A stretch of DNA of 59,258 nt from a virus. Its lineage: Duplodnaviria; Caudoviricetes. The position numbers and the translations under genes are program-made. The DNA lies in the IMG/VR virus record IMGVR_UViG_3300033153_002543, positions 1-59,258 of that record, one strand, 5' to 3'. Positions 10,693 through 19,499 of the stretch are shown one piece after another (position 1 is the stretch's first letter; the number at the start of each line of letters is the position of its first letter). The notes under the pieces were generated by a model. The model saw nothing but the letters and a program-made list of their open reading frames with translations, was not told the DNA's origin and searched no databases.

Positions 10693-11121
10693 ATGAAACA
10701 AGTTATAATTCTACGTAAAGACTTAAACATGCGTAAGGGTAAGATGATTGCACAAGGTGCACATGCTAGTATGAAAGTATTGCTAGACTTAGCTTATAAA
10801 GCTAATCAAATCAATAGAGAACATCCTGTATACGAAAAAAGATATATACCTACAGAAGGTGAGTTCCTTTGTATGCCTTTATACTCTGACACTAAGGAAT
10901 GGTTAGAAGATACATTTACTAAAATCGTGGTAAGTGTAGATAGTAAAGATGAGCTGTTAGATGTATATAATAAAGCTACAGAAGCAAAGATAATCTGTAG
11001 TTTAATAGCTGATGTAGGTTTAACAGAATTTAAAGGTGAGACTACCTATACTGCTGTAGCAATCGGGCCTGCAGATGCTAAACTGATTGACAAAATAACT
11101 GGAGATTTAAAACTATTATGA
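10693..11121 (+). CDS. pth2: peptidyl-tRNA hydrolase, Pth2 family
   Basis: KQVIILRKDLNMRKGKMIAQGAHAS...KIVV...DVGLTE...TAVAIGP...IDKITGDLKLL. Confidence 0.92.
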   Translation: MKQVIILRKDLNMRKGKMIAQGAHASMKVLLDLAYKANQINREHPVYEKRYIPTEGEFLCMPLYSDTKEWLEDTFTKIVVSVDSKDELLDVYNKATEAKIICSLIADVGLTEFKGETTYTAVAIGPADAKLIDKITGDLKLL

Positions 11122-13154
11122 TGGCCACAAGAGATTTAGACGTAGCAATAATGCTCCTATCTACAGCATCATGCCCTAATTGTGATGGGAGTGGTGGTAT
11201 ATCTATCCCTACTATTGAGTCTGCATGTTGTGGAGAACCCTTAGCCACCGGTGAATGCTGTGGTAACTCTATACCTGAAATGGGAGTGTCGTTCGAAGAA
11301 TGTCAGTGGTGTGCTGAAAAAGCAGAACTAATGGCTAAATATGACAATAAATAAATTGAAGTGTATTTTAGGAGTACATAAGTGGCGCAGTTCTACTACA
11401 TTTAGTAATGCTGTGCCTTTTTATGTGCGTCAAGAATTGAAGTCAGACTTTCTAGTATGTACTAGATGCTGTAAAGTAAAAAAGGTAAAATTAACATGAG
11501 TGAGACAGTAGAATTAGACTTAACTGAAGAAGAGTACAATAAAATAGTACAGTATTATATCGAAGATAACTTTAGTGCAGAATCTATAGAAGTATATAAC
11601 GAAAATAAAAATAAAGACGAACCATCAGCTGCCTTCGCAGCATTGTTAAATGAAGCATTAATTAATGCCATCAAATTAGGTATGGGATATGAGGCTAAAG
11701 ATGTTGTCAAATAACACAGTAGCTAAGTCAATTAAGTTAGTAAATGAAGCGTATGAAGCAGGCAAAAAGACTGGATACTCCGAAGGATTTAGAGCGGGTG
11801 TATTAGAAACTACATCATCTGAATTAGATACATATAAGGAAATATTAAAAGCATATGATTGTAAATATGGAAAGATTTAAGAAAGTGGCAGCATTTATAC
11901 CAGCATGGGGATTTTATATATTAGGTGATCTAGTATCTAGACCAATACAGTGGTCAGATATGTTTGGGTTTTTACTTCCATATTATGGTACCTTCATGGA
12001 CTGGTCTGTATTTTTCAATGACTGGGGTGGATTGGATGTTTGGTTAGAACATAAAGATGAGTGAAGAACACTTCAATATTAGTCTACATGTAGTAGATTG
12101 GCGATGTGATAAATGTGGCCACTATTGTAAAACTACAGGTAAAATTGAACAACAATTTATTGGTGTACAAGTAGAACATATGTGTATGAGTGAGACATGT
12201 GGCCATAGAGTATGGTTAGACACTAACTACCCTAAATGGGATAATTTGCTAACTGCAATAACAAAAGGAAGACCTTAATGAACAAGTTTAAAAAATGGTT
12301 AATTATGAAATTAGCTGGAGACACAGTAGTAATTCTAAATACTGCAATACTATATAAATATTATCCTATCTTTGCTAACACAGATTTTAAACCTATTGTG
12401 GAGAATAACTTAATAATTCCTAGCAATGCTAGTACACCTTTTACTATATATGATAAACGTACATTTGAAATTATAGGTGATGAACTAAATATTCATGAAG
12501 ATAGTAAGAAGGCATATGATGAAGTAGTTGATGCAATTAATAAAGCAGAATCCCCACTAGAAAAACAAGATGCTATTGCTAATGAAGCTTCGTCTAAGGA
12601 TGAAATAGTTGTATAATATACTTTATAATGATAAAGTTAAATATAAAGATAAAATTGGCTTTGTAAAAGAAGTACAAGGTTCTTTTGCACGAGTATTATT
12701 TGAAGGTGATAAAAAACCAACAATATTACCCACAGACGCTTTGGAGAAAATAGATGATTGAAGCAAACACAGCATTAGAAATATCTAATATGTTACATGT
12801 ATGTTGGGCATACTGTCATATTAATATAGACTATATAGAATATAAGTTATTAAATTGGTTGGAGAAATTATGATAGAATATGCAATAGCAGCAATTGCCT
12901 TCGCAATAATGATGCAAGTAAATTACATATTTGAGATAACAAAAATAGTACAAGATATAAGAGTCTTACTAAATATTGAGGATGAACCTAATCCGTTCAA
13001 TCCCATAGGTTTCTCTTTAGTTTTCTTTTTGTACAGTACAGTATTTATGCCTTTCGTGGCAGTATATATACTAATGTGTAGTAAAGAACGAGTACTTAGA
13101 GATATCTCAGGTGCTATTATGAAGAGCTATTTTAGACTTGAAGAAAAATAATTG

Positions 13155-13183
13155 TTGACTTTGCAACTATGATTTGATATAAT
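13155..13183 (+). promoter_or_regulatory. sigma70-type strong promoter (TTCGCAAC family)
   Basis: TTGACTTTGCAACTATGATTTGATATAAT. Confidence 0.85.
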
Positions 13184-13449
13184 ATATTCTTAAATTAATG
13201 GAGAACTATTATGTTAAAAACATTTAAGTATACAAAACCTAGTGGTGATACGTCTATTCGACAGGTGTATCCATTAAATGTGGTTGGTAATGATAAGCTC
13301 TTATGTGTTGACTTGACTCAGTTTGATACTGATGATAAGCAAGACTATGAGAATCTATTGAACCAAATTCACAATGACTATATACAAGCTATTAAAGACG
13401 CAGGTTTAGGTAGTACGTTTAGGACATTCTTTTTGGAGAAAATGAGCTA

Positions 13450-13974
13450 ATGGAAGATTATAAGGTATTAACACTTAACGCAGATTTCATGCCACTAAAC
13501 TTAGTACCTTTATCTACTATTAGCTGGCAAAAAGCTTTTAAGCTAATCGTGGAAGAAATTGCAGTACCAATTAAATTTTATGAAGATAAGTATGTAAATA
13601 CTCCCACCACCAGATATCCTATACCTTCAGTAATATTGATGAAGGATTATAAGCGTTTCAATAAAAGGGCTAAATGGTCTAAGTTCAATATTAAACTTAG
13701 AGATAATTTTACATGCCAATACTGTGGACACAAATTTTCTAGTAGAAGTCTTACCATTGACCATGTAAAGGCGAAAGCTCATGGTGGCAAACATAGTTGG
13801 CTTAATTCAGTTGCGGCATGTAAACCCTGTAATCAATGGAAAAAAGATCATAAGAATATTAAGCCTATGACTAAGCCGTATCACCCAACGTACTTCGACT
13901 TAGCTAAGAAAATGATGAAGTACAAAGAAATTAAGAACAAAGAGTGGTCAGATTACCTACAGCATTTAAATTAG
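13450..13974 (+). CDS. HNH endonuclease (McrA/HNH_5-like)
   Basis: RDNFTCQYCG...TIDHV...GG...W.NSVAACKPCNQWK. Confidence 0.9.
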   Translation: MEDYKVLTLNADFMPLNLVPLSTISWQKAFKLIVEEIAVPIKFYEDKYVNTPTTRYPIPSVILMKDYKRFNKRAKWSKFNIKLRDNFTCQYCGHKFSSRSLTIDHVKAKAHGGKHSWLNSVAACKPCNQWKKDHKNIKPMTKPYHPTYFDLAKKMMKYKEIKNKEWSDYLQHLN

Positions 13975-13991
13975 TAAAAGAAAAATATATG

Positions 13992-14021
13992 TTGACATAT
14001 TAGTTAAAAGTTTGTTATAAT
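13992..14021 (+). promoter_or_regulatory. sigma70-type promoter at the start of the tRNA region
   Basis: TTGACA-18-TATAAT with TG extension. Confidence 0.75.
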
Positions 14022-14489
14022 ATGTTTTCAAATTTGGAGAAATTAATGAGTGAAGAAAAGCAAAAAGCCAATAAATTAGTAAAAGATAAAGAAGCTGAGT
14101 TAGATGTAGCCATGAAACACCTAGCCAAAGTCAAGCAGTCTAGAGGTGATATTAGTACTGCCAAAGCAACTGTTAGTACAGTAAAAAAAGAATTATATGC
14201 TGCTATTACTGCTGAAAACCAAGTCACTTTAAACGAAACCGACGCATTTGATGAATCTGAGTTATATGTTGAGAAGCCTACTGAAAACGTAGGTGTTATA
14301 AAATTAATTGTAGTTTGTGCAGTAATATTTACAGGAGCAGTAGTATGGATAAATCTATAGAATTTTACACAGGCTTTAATGATTTTATGTGGTATCGTAC
14401 CAAACCCTCAGTATGGGTTAAAACTAAAGAACAGCGCGCAGACTGGAACAGAGGCCAGAAGTTAGCAAGAGAAGCAGTATAATTATAAT

Positions 14490-14564
14490 GCCCTCGTAGT
14501 CTAACGGATAGGCAACAGTCTTCTAAACTGTCTCATGTGAGTTCGAGTCTCGCCGAGGGTACCA
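14490..14564 (+). tRNA. tRNA-Arg(UCU)
   Basis: Cloverleaf; anticodon arm ACAGT-CTTCTAA-ACTGT; ACCA end. Confidence 0.92.
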
Positions 14565-14568
14565 AATA

Positions 14569-14644
14569 CGGGCTGTAGCATAATGGTCAATGCACTCGGC
14601 TCATAACCGACCGATTGTAGGTTCAAATCCTACCAGTCCGACCA
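14569..14644 (+). tRNA. tRNA-Met or Ile2 (CAU)
   Basis: Anticodon loop CTCATAA, T loop TTCAAAT, ACCA end. Confidence 0.9.
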
Positions 14645-14864
14645 ATTAATAGGAAATTTATGGAGCATAATAAAGCTACTGCTAGTAGAGCATTAGATAC
14701 TCTTTTTAGTAGTGTAACAGCCTTCAGTGATGAAACTAAATTTATCTTAGTTAAAGCAGAAGATTGTACCCTTTATATACCGGTAAATAATTTAGATATA
14801 TCTAAGATACATGAATTTAGAAATAAATTTAAGGTTATATATGACCTAACTCAAGGATTATAGT

Positions 14865-15443
14865 ATGAAAACAGAAATAGTATATATACTAGATCGTTCT
14901 GCTTCAATGTCAAGCAATTGGAACGAATCTATGGGAAGTTTAAAGACTTTCATTACAGAACAACAAAAAAACGATGCACCATGTAAGTTCACTTTAGTCG
15001 GTTTTGACGACCATTATGATATATTTATTGATGCTAAAGATTTACAAGATGTAGATACTGAAAATTTACCCGATTTTAAACCTAGAGGGATGACTGCCTT
15101 ATACGATTCAATAGGTAAGACAGTAACACTAATCAAGGAAAGATTAAAGAATACACCAGTACTAGAACGACCAGATAAAGTATTATTTGTTATTATGACT
15201 GACGGGCATGAGAATTGCTCTCAAGAATATAATAAGTCTATAATTACAGAAATGGTTACTAAACAAGAAAGTAAATATTCTTGGGAGTTCATGTATATCG
15301 GGGCAGGTTTAGATGTTATGGGCGAAGCCTTATCATTAGGTATGAAAGGTGCAAATTCCTTTAGTACATTAGATAAGTCTCAAAGAAGTATAAATGATAT
15401 TACTAACTATGCCTCTAGCACTATAGCATCATATAGAACTTAA
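14865..15443 (+). CDS. von Willebrand factor A (VWA) domain protein
   Basis: ILDRSASM (MIDAS-like), GMTALYD, VIMTDGHEN. Confidence 0.9.
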   Translation: MKTEIVYILDRSASMSSNWNESMGSLKTFITEQQKNDAPCKFTLVGFDDHYDIFIDAKDLQDVDTENLPDFKPRGMTALYDSIGKTVTLIKERLKNTPVLERPDKVLFVIMTDGHENCSQEYNKSIITEMVTKQESKYSWEFMYIGAGLDVMGEALSLGMKGANSFSTLDKSQRSINDITNYASSTIASYRT

Positions 15444-15518
15444 GCCGGATTAGCTGAGTTGGCTTAGCAGCTGCCTTGTAAGCAGCAGACGGGGGTTCGA
15501 GACCCTCATCCGGCACCA
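15444..15518 (+). tRNA. tRNA-Thr(UGU)
   Basis: Anticodon loop CTTGTAA, ACCA end. Confidence 0.92.
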
Positions 15519-15520
15519 CA

Positions 15521-15601
15521 TTTAAGTAGAGTTAAGGAAAACACACTTGAAGCCTTTTGTGTCCTTGTAAAGTTTCAAAGCTAACTTCTCTACTTAAACC
15601 A
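15521..15601 (+). ncRNA. candidate structured RNA with 11-bp terminal stem and 3' CCA
   Basis: TTTAAGTAGAG/CTCTACTTAAA followed by CCA; internal hairpins. Confidence 0.45.
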
Positions 15602-15606
15602 AATTC

Positions 15607-15675
15607 AGGATTGCATTAAAGAATAAGATTACATCATGCAGAGATAAACACATCTTATTCGATTTCATCAGTCCT
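15607..15675 (+). ncRNA. Ro/TROVE-associated Y-RNA-like element 1
   Basis: Outer stem AGGATTG/CAGTCCT, inner stem GAATAAGAT/ATCTTATTC, conserved GATTACATC. Confidence 0.7.
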
Positions 15676-15834
15676 TTTTAATAAATACTAAGCATTATAG
15701 TACGAGATTACATCATCTTATAAATGAAAGGTATAGGTTCGAATCCTATGCTCCCGAATATCAGACGGGAGTTAGCTCAATTGGTAGAGCGTTAAAATTC
15801 TCTTATACGTTTTTATCTTAGTATTTATTAAAAA
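15675..15834 (+). ncRNA. Ro/TROVE-associated Y-RNA-like element 2 containing a circularly permuted tRNA (YrlA-like)
   Basis: 18-bp perfect outer stem; T arm (GGTTCGAATCC) precedes a loop-closed acceptor stem (CTCCCG/CGGGAG) and a D arm (GCTCAATTGGTAGAGC). Confidence 0.82.
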
Positions 15835-15854
15835 TTAATTAAAGGATATATGTA

Positions 15855-16088
15855 ATGAAATTTGAAATATGGAAGGAAGGTTATTTAGTATCAGGAATGG
15901 AAGGTATTCCAGCTTCTGCTACATTTTTAGGTACGTATTCTGCGGAGAATTTCAGAAATGCTTGTATTATATGGGACTCTATACATAATAGAGATAAAGG
16001 TTATGGTGATTTTAATGCACAAGGATTAAGTGTATGGGGTTGCAGATTATTTGATAATGAAGCAGACGCTAGAGCGAGCTTTGGTTAG
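15855..16088 (+). CDS. hypothetical protein
   Basis: 77 aa ORF with RBS, inside the Y-like RNA cluster. Confidence 0.65.
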   Translation: MKFEIWKEGYLVSGMEGIPASATFLGTYSAENFRNACIIWDSIHNRDKGYGDFNAQGLSVWGCRLFDNEADARASFG

Positions 16089-16149
16089 GAGTAATAACAT
16101 GAATTATTGGGAAATAGATATTCGATCGTAATTATACGGGAGAATAAAA

Positions 16150-16470
16150 ATGTCAAGAACATATAGAAATAAAGGATCTAGTGGATACTATACAGGTCGT
16201 AGAGAGTTTGATGGCAGAAATAAACACTGGGATACCCTTGGGTATACTTCCCAGCTATTTACTGAAAGCTACGAAGAATATACACTAGAAATACATAGAG
16301 ATGGTGCAAACTGGAATATGTCCACACCTTCGTGGTGGGTTCATGATACGTCAACTATCAAAGAAAGAGGTATGACACGAAAGGTTATACAACAAGTTTA
16401 TAAACTAATAGATTATGAGGATGTAGAGGAATTCCCTTTAGATAAGAAACCTTATGAATACTATTGGTAA
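16150..16470 (+). CDS. hypothetical protein (MSRTYR N-terminus, aromatic C-terminus)
   Basis: 106 aa ORF with GGGAG RBS, directly upstream of Y-like elements 3 and 4. Confidence 0.7.
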   Translation: MSRTYRNKGSSGYYTGRREFDGRNKHWDTLGYTSQLFTESYEEYTLEIHRDGANWNMSTPSWWVHDTSTIKERGMTRKVIQQVYKLIDYEDVEEFPLDKKPYEYYW

Positions 16471-16476
16471 CAAGTT

Positions 16477-16593
16477 TAAGTGTACTACAGTCTATTGATT
16501 ACATCATACTTTAAGCAGGTACTGACTTCGGTCTAAATTGCTTACCAAGAAGTCGGCGGACATTAATCGCATCAATAACGATTTCGTCACTTA
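16477..16593 (+). ncRNA. Ro/TROVE-associated Y-RNA-like element 3
   Basis: Outer stem TAAGTG/CACTTA, inner stem GT(C bulge)TATTGAT/ATCAATAAC, GATTACATC, UUCG hairpin insert. Confidence 0.7.
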
Positions 16594-16599
16594 TTTAAT

Positions 16600-16674
16600 T
16601 TTTTCGCATTACAGTATAAGATTACATCTACTTGAAATAGAACCAAAAATATCTTAGACGCTTTTATCGGAGAA
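16600..16674 (+). ncRNA. Ro/TROVE-associated Y-RNA-like element 4 (overlaps the TROVE RBS)
   Basis: Outer stem TTTTTCG/CGGAGAA, inner stem GTATAAGAT/ATCTTAGAC, GATTACATC. Confidence 0.7.
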
Positions 16675-16680
16675 CCTATT

Positions 16681-18153
16681 ATGGGAAAGTTTAACAAAAC
16701 AGCCACACTAAATAAAACAAATACAACTAATGTTGCAGGTGGCGCAGCATATGAAATTAATGATGGTAGAAAAGAATTAGCTGGTGTAGTATTAAATTCT
16801 ATGCTAAAGAATGATTCATTCTACGAGTCAGAAGAAGATAGAATTAATAAAATCTTTGCCCTTGCAAAAATGAACCCAGAGTTCGCAGCTAAGGCAATGA
16901 TATACGCTAGACAAGAGGGGAACTTACGCTCTGTTTCTCATGTATTAGCTAACGCAGTAGTAGAAGCTGCATCAGGAACTGACTACCTTCGTAGTGCTAT
17001 CACTAAAACAGTGGTACGCCCTGATGATATGATTGAAATGGCAGCTTTATGGTTTAGTAATCACAAAGGTAAAATGTTACCTAACTCTATGCGTAGAGCA
17101 TTTAAAGATGTATTAGAGTCTAATAAATGGAATGACTTCCAGTTAAAGCGTTACTCAAAAACACGCTCTAGCCTTAAGTTAAAAGATATAATTAAGATCG
17201 TTCACCCTAAGGGTCGTAACGATGTGTTTAAAGCAATCATTGAAGATTCTTTAGAAGCACCTCAAAGTTTAGAAACTAAATTAGCTACAGGTACTAAAGC
17301 ATCAGTAGCATTTGAAGAATTATTAAGTACGGGTAAGTTAGGCTACATGGCAGCTATGAAGAATATTCGTAATGCTTTGAATACTGGACTATCCGATGAT
17401 GCTTTAGATATGTGGTGTGAATTAGTCTCTAATAGAGAAAAAGTACTAAAGTCAAGAATGTTACCATTCAGATTTTATGACGCTTGGTACGCTATTAAAG
17501 ACTCTAAAGTGGATCACTTTAAATTACAAAAGATTAAAAAAGCTATCAATGCAGCTATGATTCATAGTGCACATAATTTAGACCTCGCTAAGGCAGGTGA
17601 GAAGGTAGCATTAATTGTTGACCAATCTGGTAGCATGGGAGGGTGGACAGATAATAATGATACACCTTGGAAACATGCATTAACTTTAGCTGCTGTAATG
17701 TATCACGCATTTGGAAAAGACAACGTAGTTGTTTATTTCTTTGATAGTACAGCTAAGAAAGTAGATTTTGGTAACAAAGAACCTCTAGACATTCTAGATA
17801 CATATATGCCTCAAGGTGGTGCTACATATTTCCATACACCAATGCAGTTACTAACTGAAACTTCTACTAAGGTAGATAAAGTAGTTATGTTATCTGATAT
17901 GCAATTATATGGTGGATGGATGAATAAGGCAGAAACTTTTGATAAGTACTGGATGGAATATAAAACTAAAGTAGCTCCAAATGTCAAGATGTTATTCTGG
18001 AACCTAGAAGGATATGCAGGTGGAACACCATTAGAACTTAAAGATAATATCTTATTTGCAAATGGATTTTCAGATAAGTTATTAGCTATCATTCCTAGAA
18101 TGTGGTCAAATAAAGATGCGCTTGTGGACGAAATTGAAGCAATTAAATTATAA
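16681..18153 (+). CDS. Ro60/TROVE-domain RNA-binding protein (Rsr-like) with C-terminal VWA domain
   Basis: TTNVAGGAAY, FYE, YARQEGNLRSV, RPDD, LGYMAAMKNIRN, SRMLPFRFYDA, VDQSGSM, LSDMQ, GFSD. Confidence 0.93.
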   Translation: MGKFNKTATLNKTNTTNVAGGAAYEINDGRKELAGVVLNSMLKNDSFYESEEDRINKIFALAKMNPEFAAKAMIYARQEGNLRSVSHVLANAVVEAASGTDYLRSAITKTVVRPDDMIEMAALWFSNHKGKMLPNSMRRAFKDVLESNKWNDFQLKRYSKTRSSLKLKDIIKIVHPKGRNDVFKAIIEDSLEAPQSLETKLATGTKASVAFEELLSTGKLGYMAAMKNIRNALNTGLSDDALDMWCELVSNREKVLKSRMLPFRFYDAWYAIKDSKVDHFKLQKIKKAINAAMIHSAHNLDLAKAGEKVALIVDQSGSMGGWTDNNDTPWKHALTLAAVMYHAFGKDNVVVYFFDSTAKKVDFGNKEPLDILDTYMPQGGATYFHTPMQLLTETSTKVDKVVMLSDMQLYGGWMNKAETFDKYWMEYKTKVAPNVKMLFWNLEGYAGGTPLELKDNILFANGFSDKLLAIIPRMWSNKDALVDEIEAIKL

Positions 18154-18156
18154 TTG

Positions 18157-18185
18157 TTGACTTGTTTCCCGTTTCTTGATATAAT
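18157..18185 (+). promoter_or_regulatory. sigma70-type promoter
   Basis: TTGACT-17-TATAAT. Confidence 0.8.
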
Positions 18186-18413
18186 ATATTTTAAGAAATC
18201 GGGGAAAGATAATTATTATGAGTTGTTTATATAGTGATAATGAGGGTGTTTGTTATTTTTATGATAAGGATGAATATGGACTTATCAAGAATGTGATTGA
18301 CACTGATTATGGTTTTGTAGAAGCAGGTATCTGTGTAGTTGATGAAGATCCAGACCCTATGCTTACTTGTAGTTCTTATGAACCAGTAGATCCAAGTGAA
18401 GACGAAGAATAAT

Positions 18414-18498
18414 GGGGTTGTGGTGAAATAGGCAAACACACCTGACTTAAAATCAGACGGGGAAACCCTTGCGGGTTCGATTCCCGCCTTCCCTACCA
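18414..18498 (+). tRNA. tRNA-Leu(UAA)
   Basis: Loop CTTAAAA, long variable arm, ACCA; two U-U mismatches in the acceptor stem. Confidence 0.88.
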
Positions 18499-18524
18499 AA
18501 CAATTAAATTAAAGAGAGATTAAA

Positions 18525-18734
18525 ATGCCAAAGATGCGTAAACGTACTAAGAAAGGTCAAGTAGTAAAGAAAGAAAATGTTAAGCGTAAGTTCCGTATCG
18601 GTACACGTAAGAGTGGTTTAGCAGCTGAACAGATGTCTACAACTGATTTAATTGCGGTTTTGGCAAATGAAAGTAAGACTAAATACCATAAAAATGCGGC
18701 AATCGTATTACGAACTCGACCTATCAGCATTTAA
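18525..18734 (+). CDS. small, highly basic hypothetical protein
   Basis: 69 aa, K/R-rich (MPKMRKRTKKG...KRKFRIGTRKSG). Confidence 0.65.
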   Translation: MPKMRKRTKKGQVVKKENVKRKFRIGTRKSGLAAEQMSTTDLIAVLANESKTKYHKNAAIVLRTRPISI

Positions 18735-18744
18735 AAAATAAATG

Positions 18745-18773
18745 TTGACAATTTGAATAAACATTGATATAAT
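18745..18773 (+). promoter_or_regulatory. sigma70-type promoter upstream of the ncRNA array
   Basis: TTGACA-17-TATAAT followed by about 1.6 kb with no plausible protein gene. Confidence 0.85.
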
Positions 18774-18803
18774 ATCATTTCAAATTGAGAAATAAAAGAA
18801 TTT

Positions 18804-18901
18804 GAGAAATAACTAAATATATGGATTGCAGTTAACCCTTATCAGGCTGTAAAGGGTCGAGATACCTAGGATACCAAATCTCGTTTATTTAGTAGTTTCT
18901 C
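18804..18901 (+). ncRNA. candidate structured RNA (possible pseudoknot)
   Basis: 16-bp terminal stem, hairpins ACCCTT/AAGGGT and CGAGAT/ATCTCG, possible TTGCAGTT/GGCTGTAA pairing. Confidence 0.5.
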
Positions 18902-18966
18902 TAAAAGAGGCAAGAATCTTTGTATGAAGATTCAGTAGGTCAGCGGAGAGTGGGGCTGGGCGTACA

Positions 18967-19209
18967 AATGTATTAAAAAATGTTATCTCATTCAGGCGAA
19001 AATGGTTCGACTAGACAAATTAGTAAACTGAATTGTAAACCAAATAACAAGTTGAAGTTAGCACATAAGCCGAGCTAGTCCTTAAGTTAAAGCAACTTTC
19101 AACCACTGTTCCTAAAACATCCTCGGATAGGGGTGACAACAATATCCTAATGTAGTAGGAGTGTCGACGCAAATACTAATAAACTTGAGATAATATTTTT
19201 TAATACATT
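18967..19209 (+). ncRNA. candidate about 240-nt structured RNA
   Basis: 24-bp closing stem AATGTATTAAAAAATGTTATCTCA/TGAGATAATATTTTTTAATACATT enclosing several helices. Confidence 0.6.
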
Positions 19210-19414
19210 GTAATTCGTATAGAGGATAAAATACTAAACTGTATATGAAGTTAGTAAACGAAAGGTTTCTACCTGAACCGGTAAGTTTGTTTTAGTATAC
19301 TAAACTGAAAGTCGGACGTAGAGAATCATCAGGTATTGATGAATATAATACCCGTTTAATGTTACGCTTTGCAAGGTGTGGTTAAATGTACTTATCAATG
19401 TATTTCCAAATTAA

Positions 19415-19499
19415 GGTTGTGTAGTTATCTATGGATGATTCGCAGATTGTAATCCTGTTCCGAAAGGCAGCGTAGGTTCGATTCCTACCACAACCACCA
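19415..19499 (+). tRNA. tRNA-Tyr(GUA), atypical
   Basis: Loop TTGTAAT, variable arm with GAAA loop, canonical T arm, ACCA; weak D arm. Confidence 0.78.

Noticed and set aside
14865-18153. rtcB-type RNA repair operon around the Ro60 gene
   Set aside because: No RtcB, RtcA or RNA ligase motifs were recognised in the window; such genes could lie elsewhere in the genome.
19240-19280. Hammerhead ribozyme (CGAAA present)
   Set aside because: The CUGAUGA core is absent.
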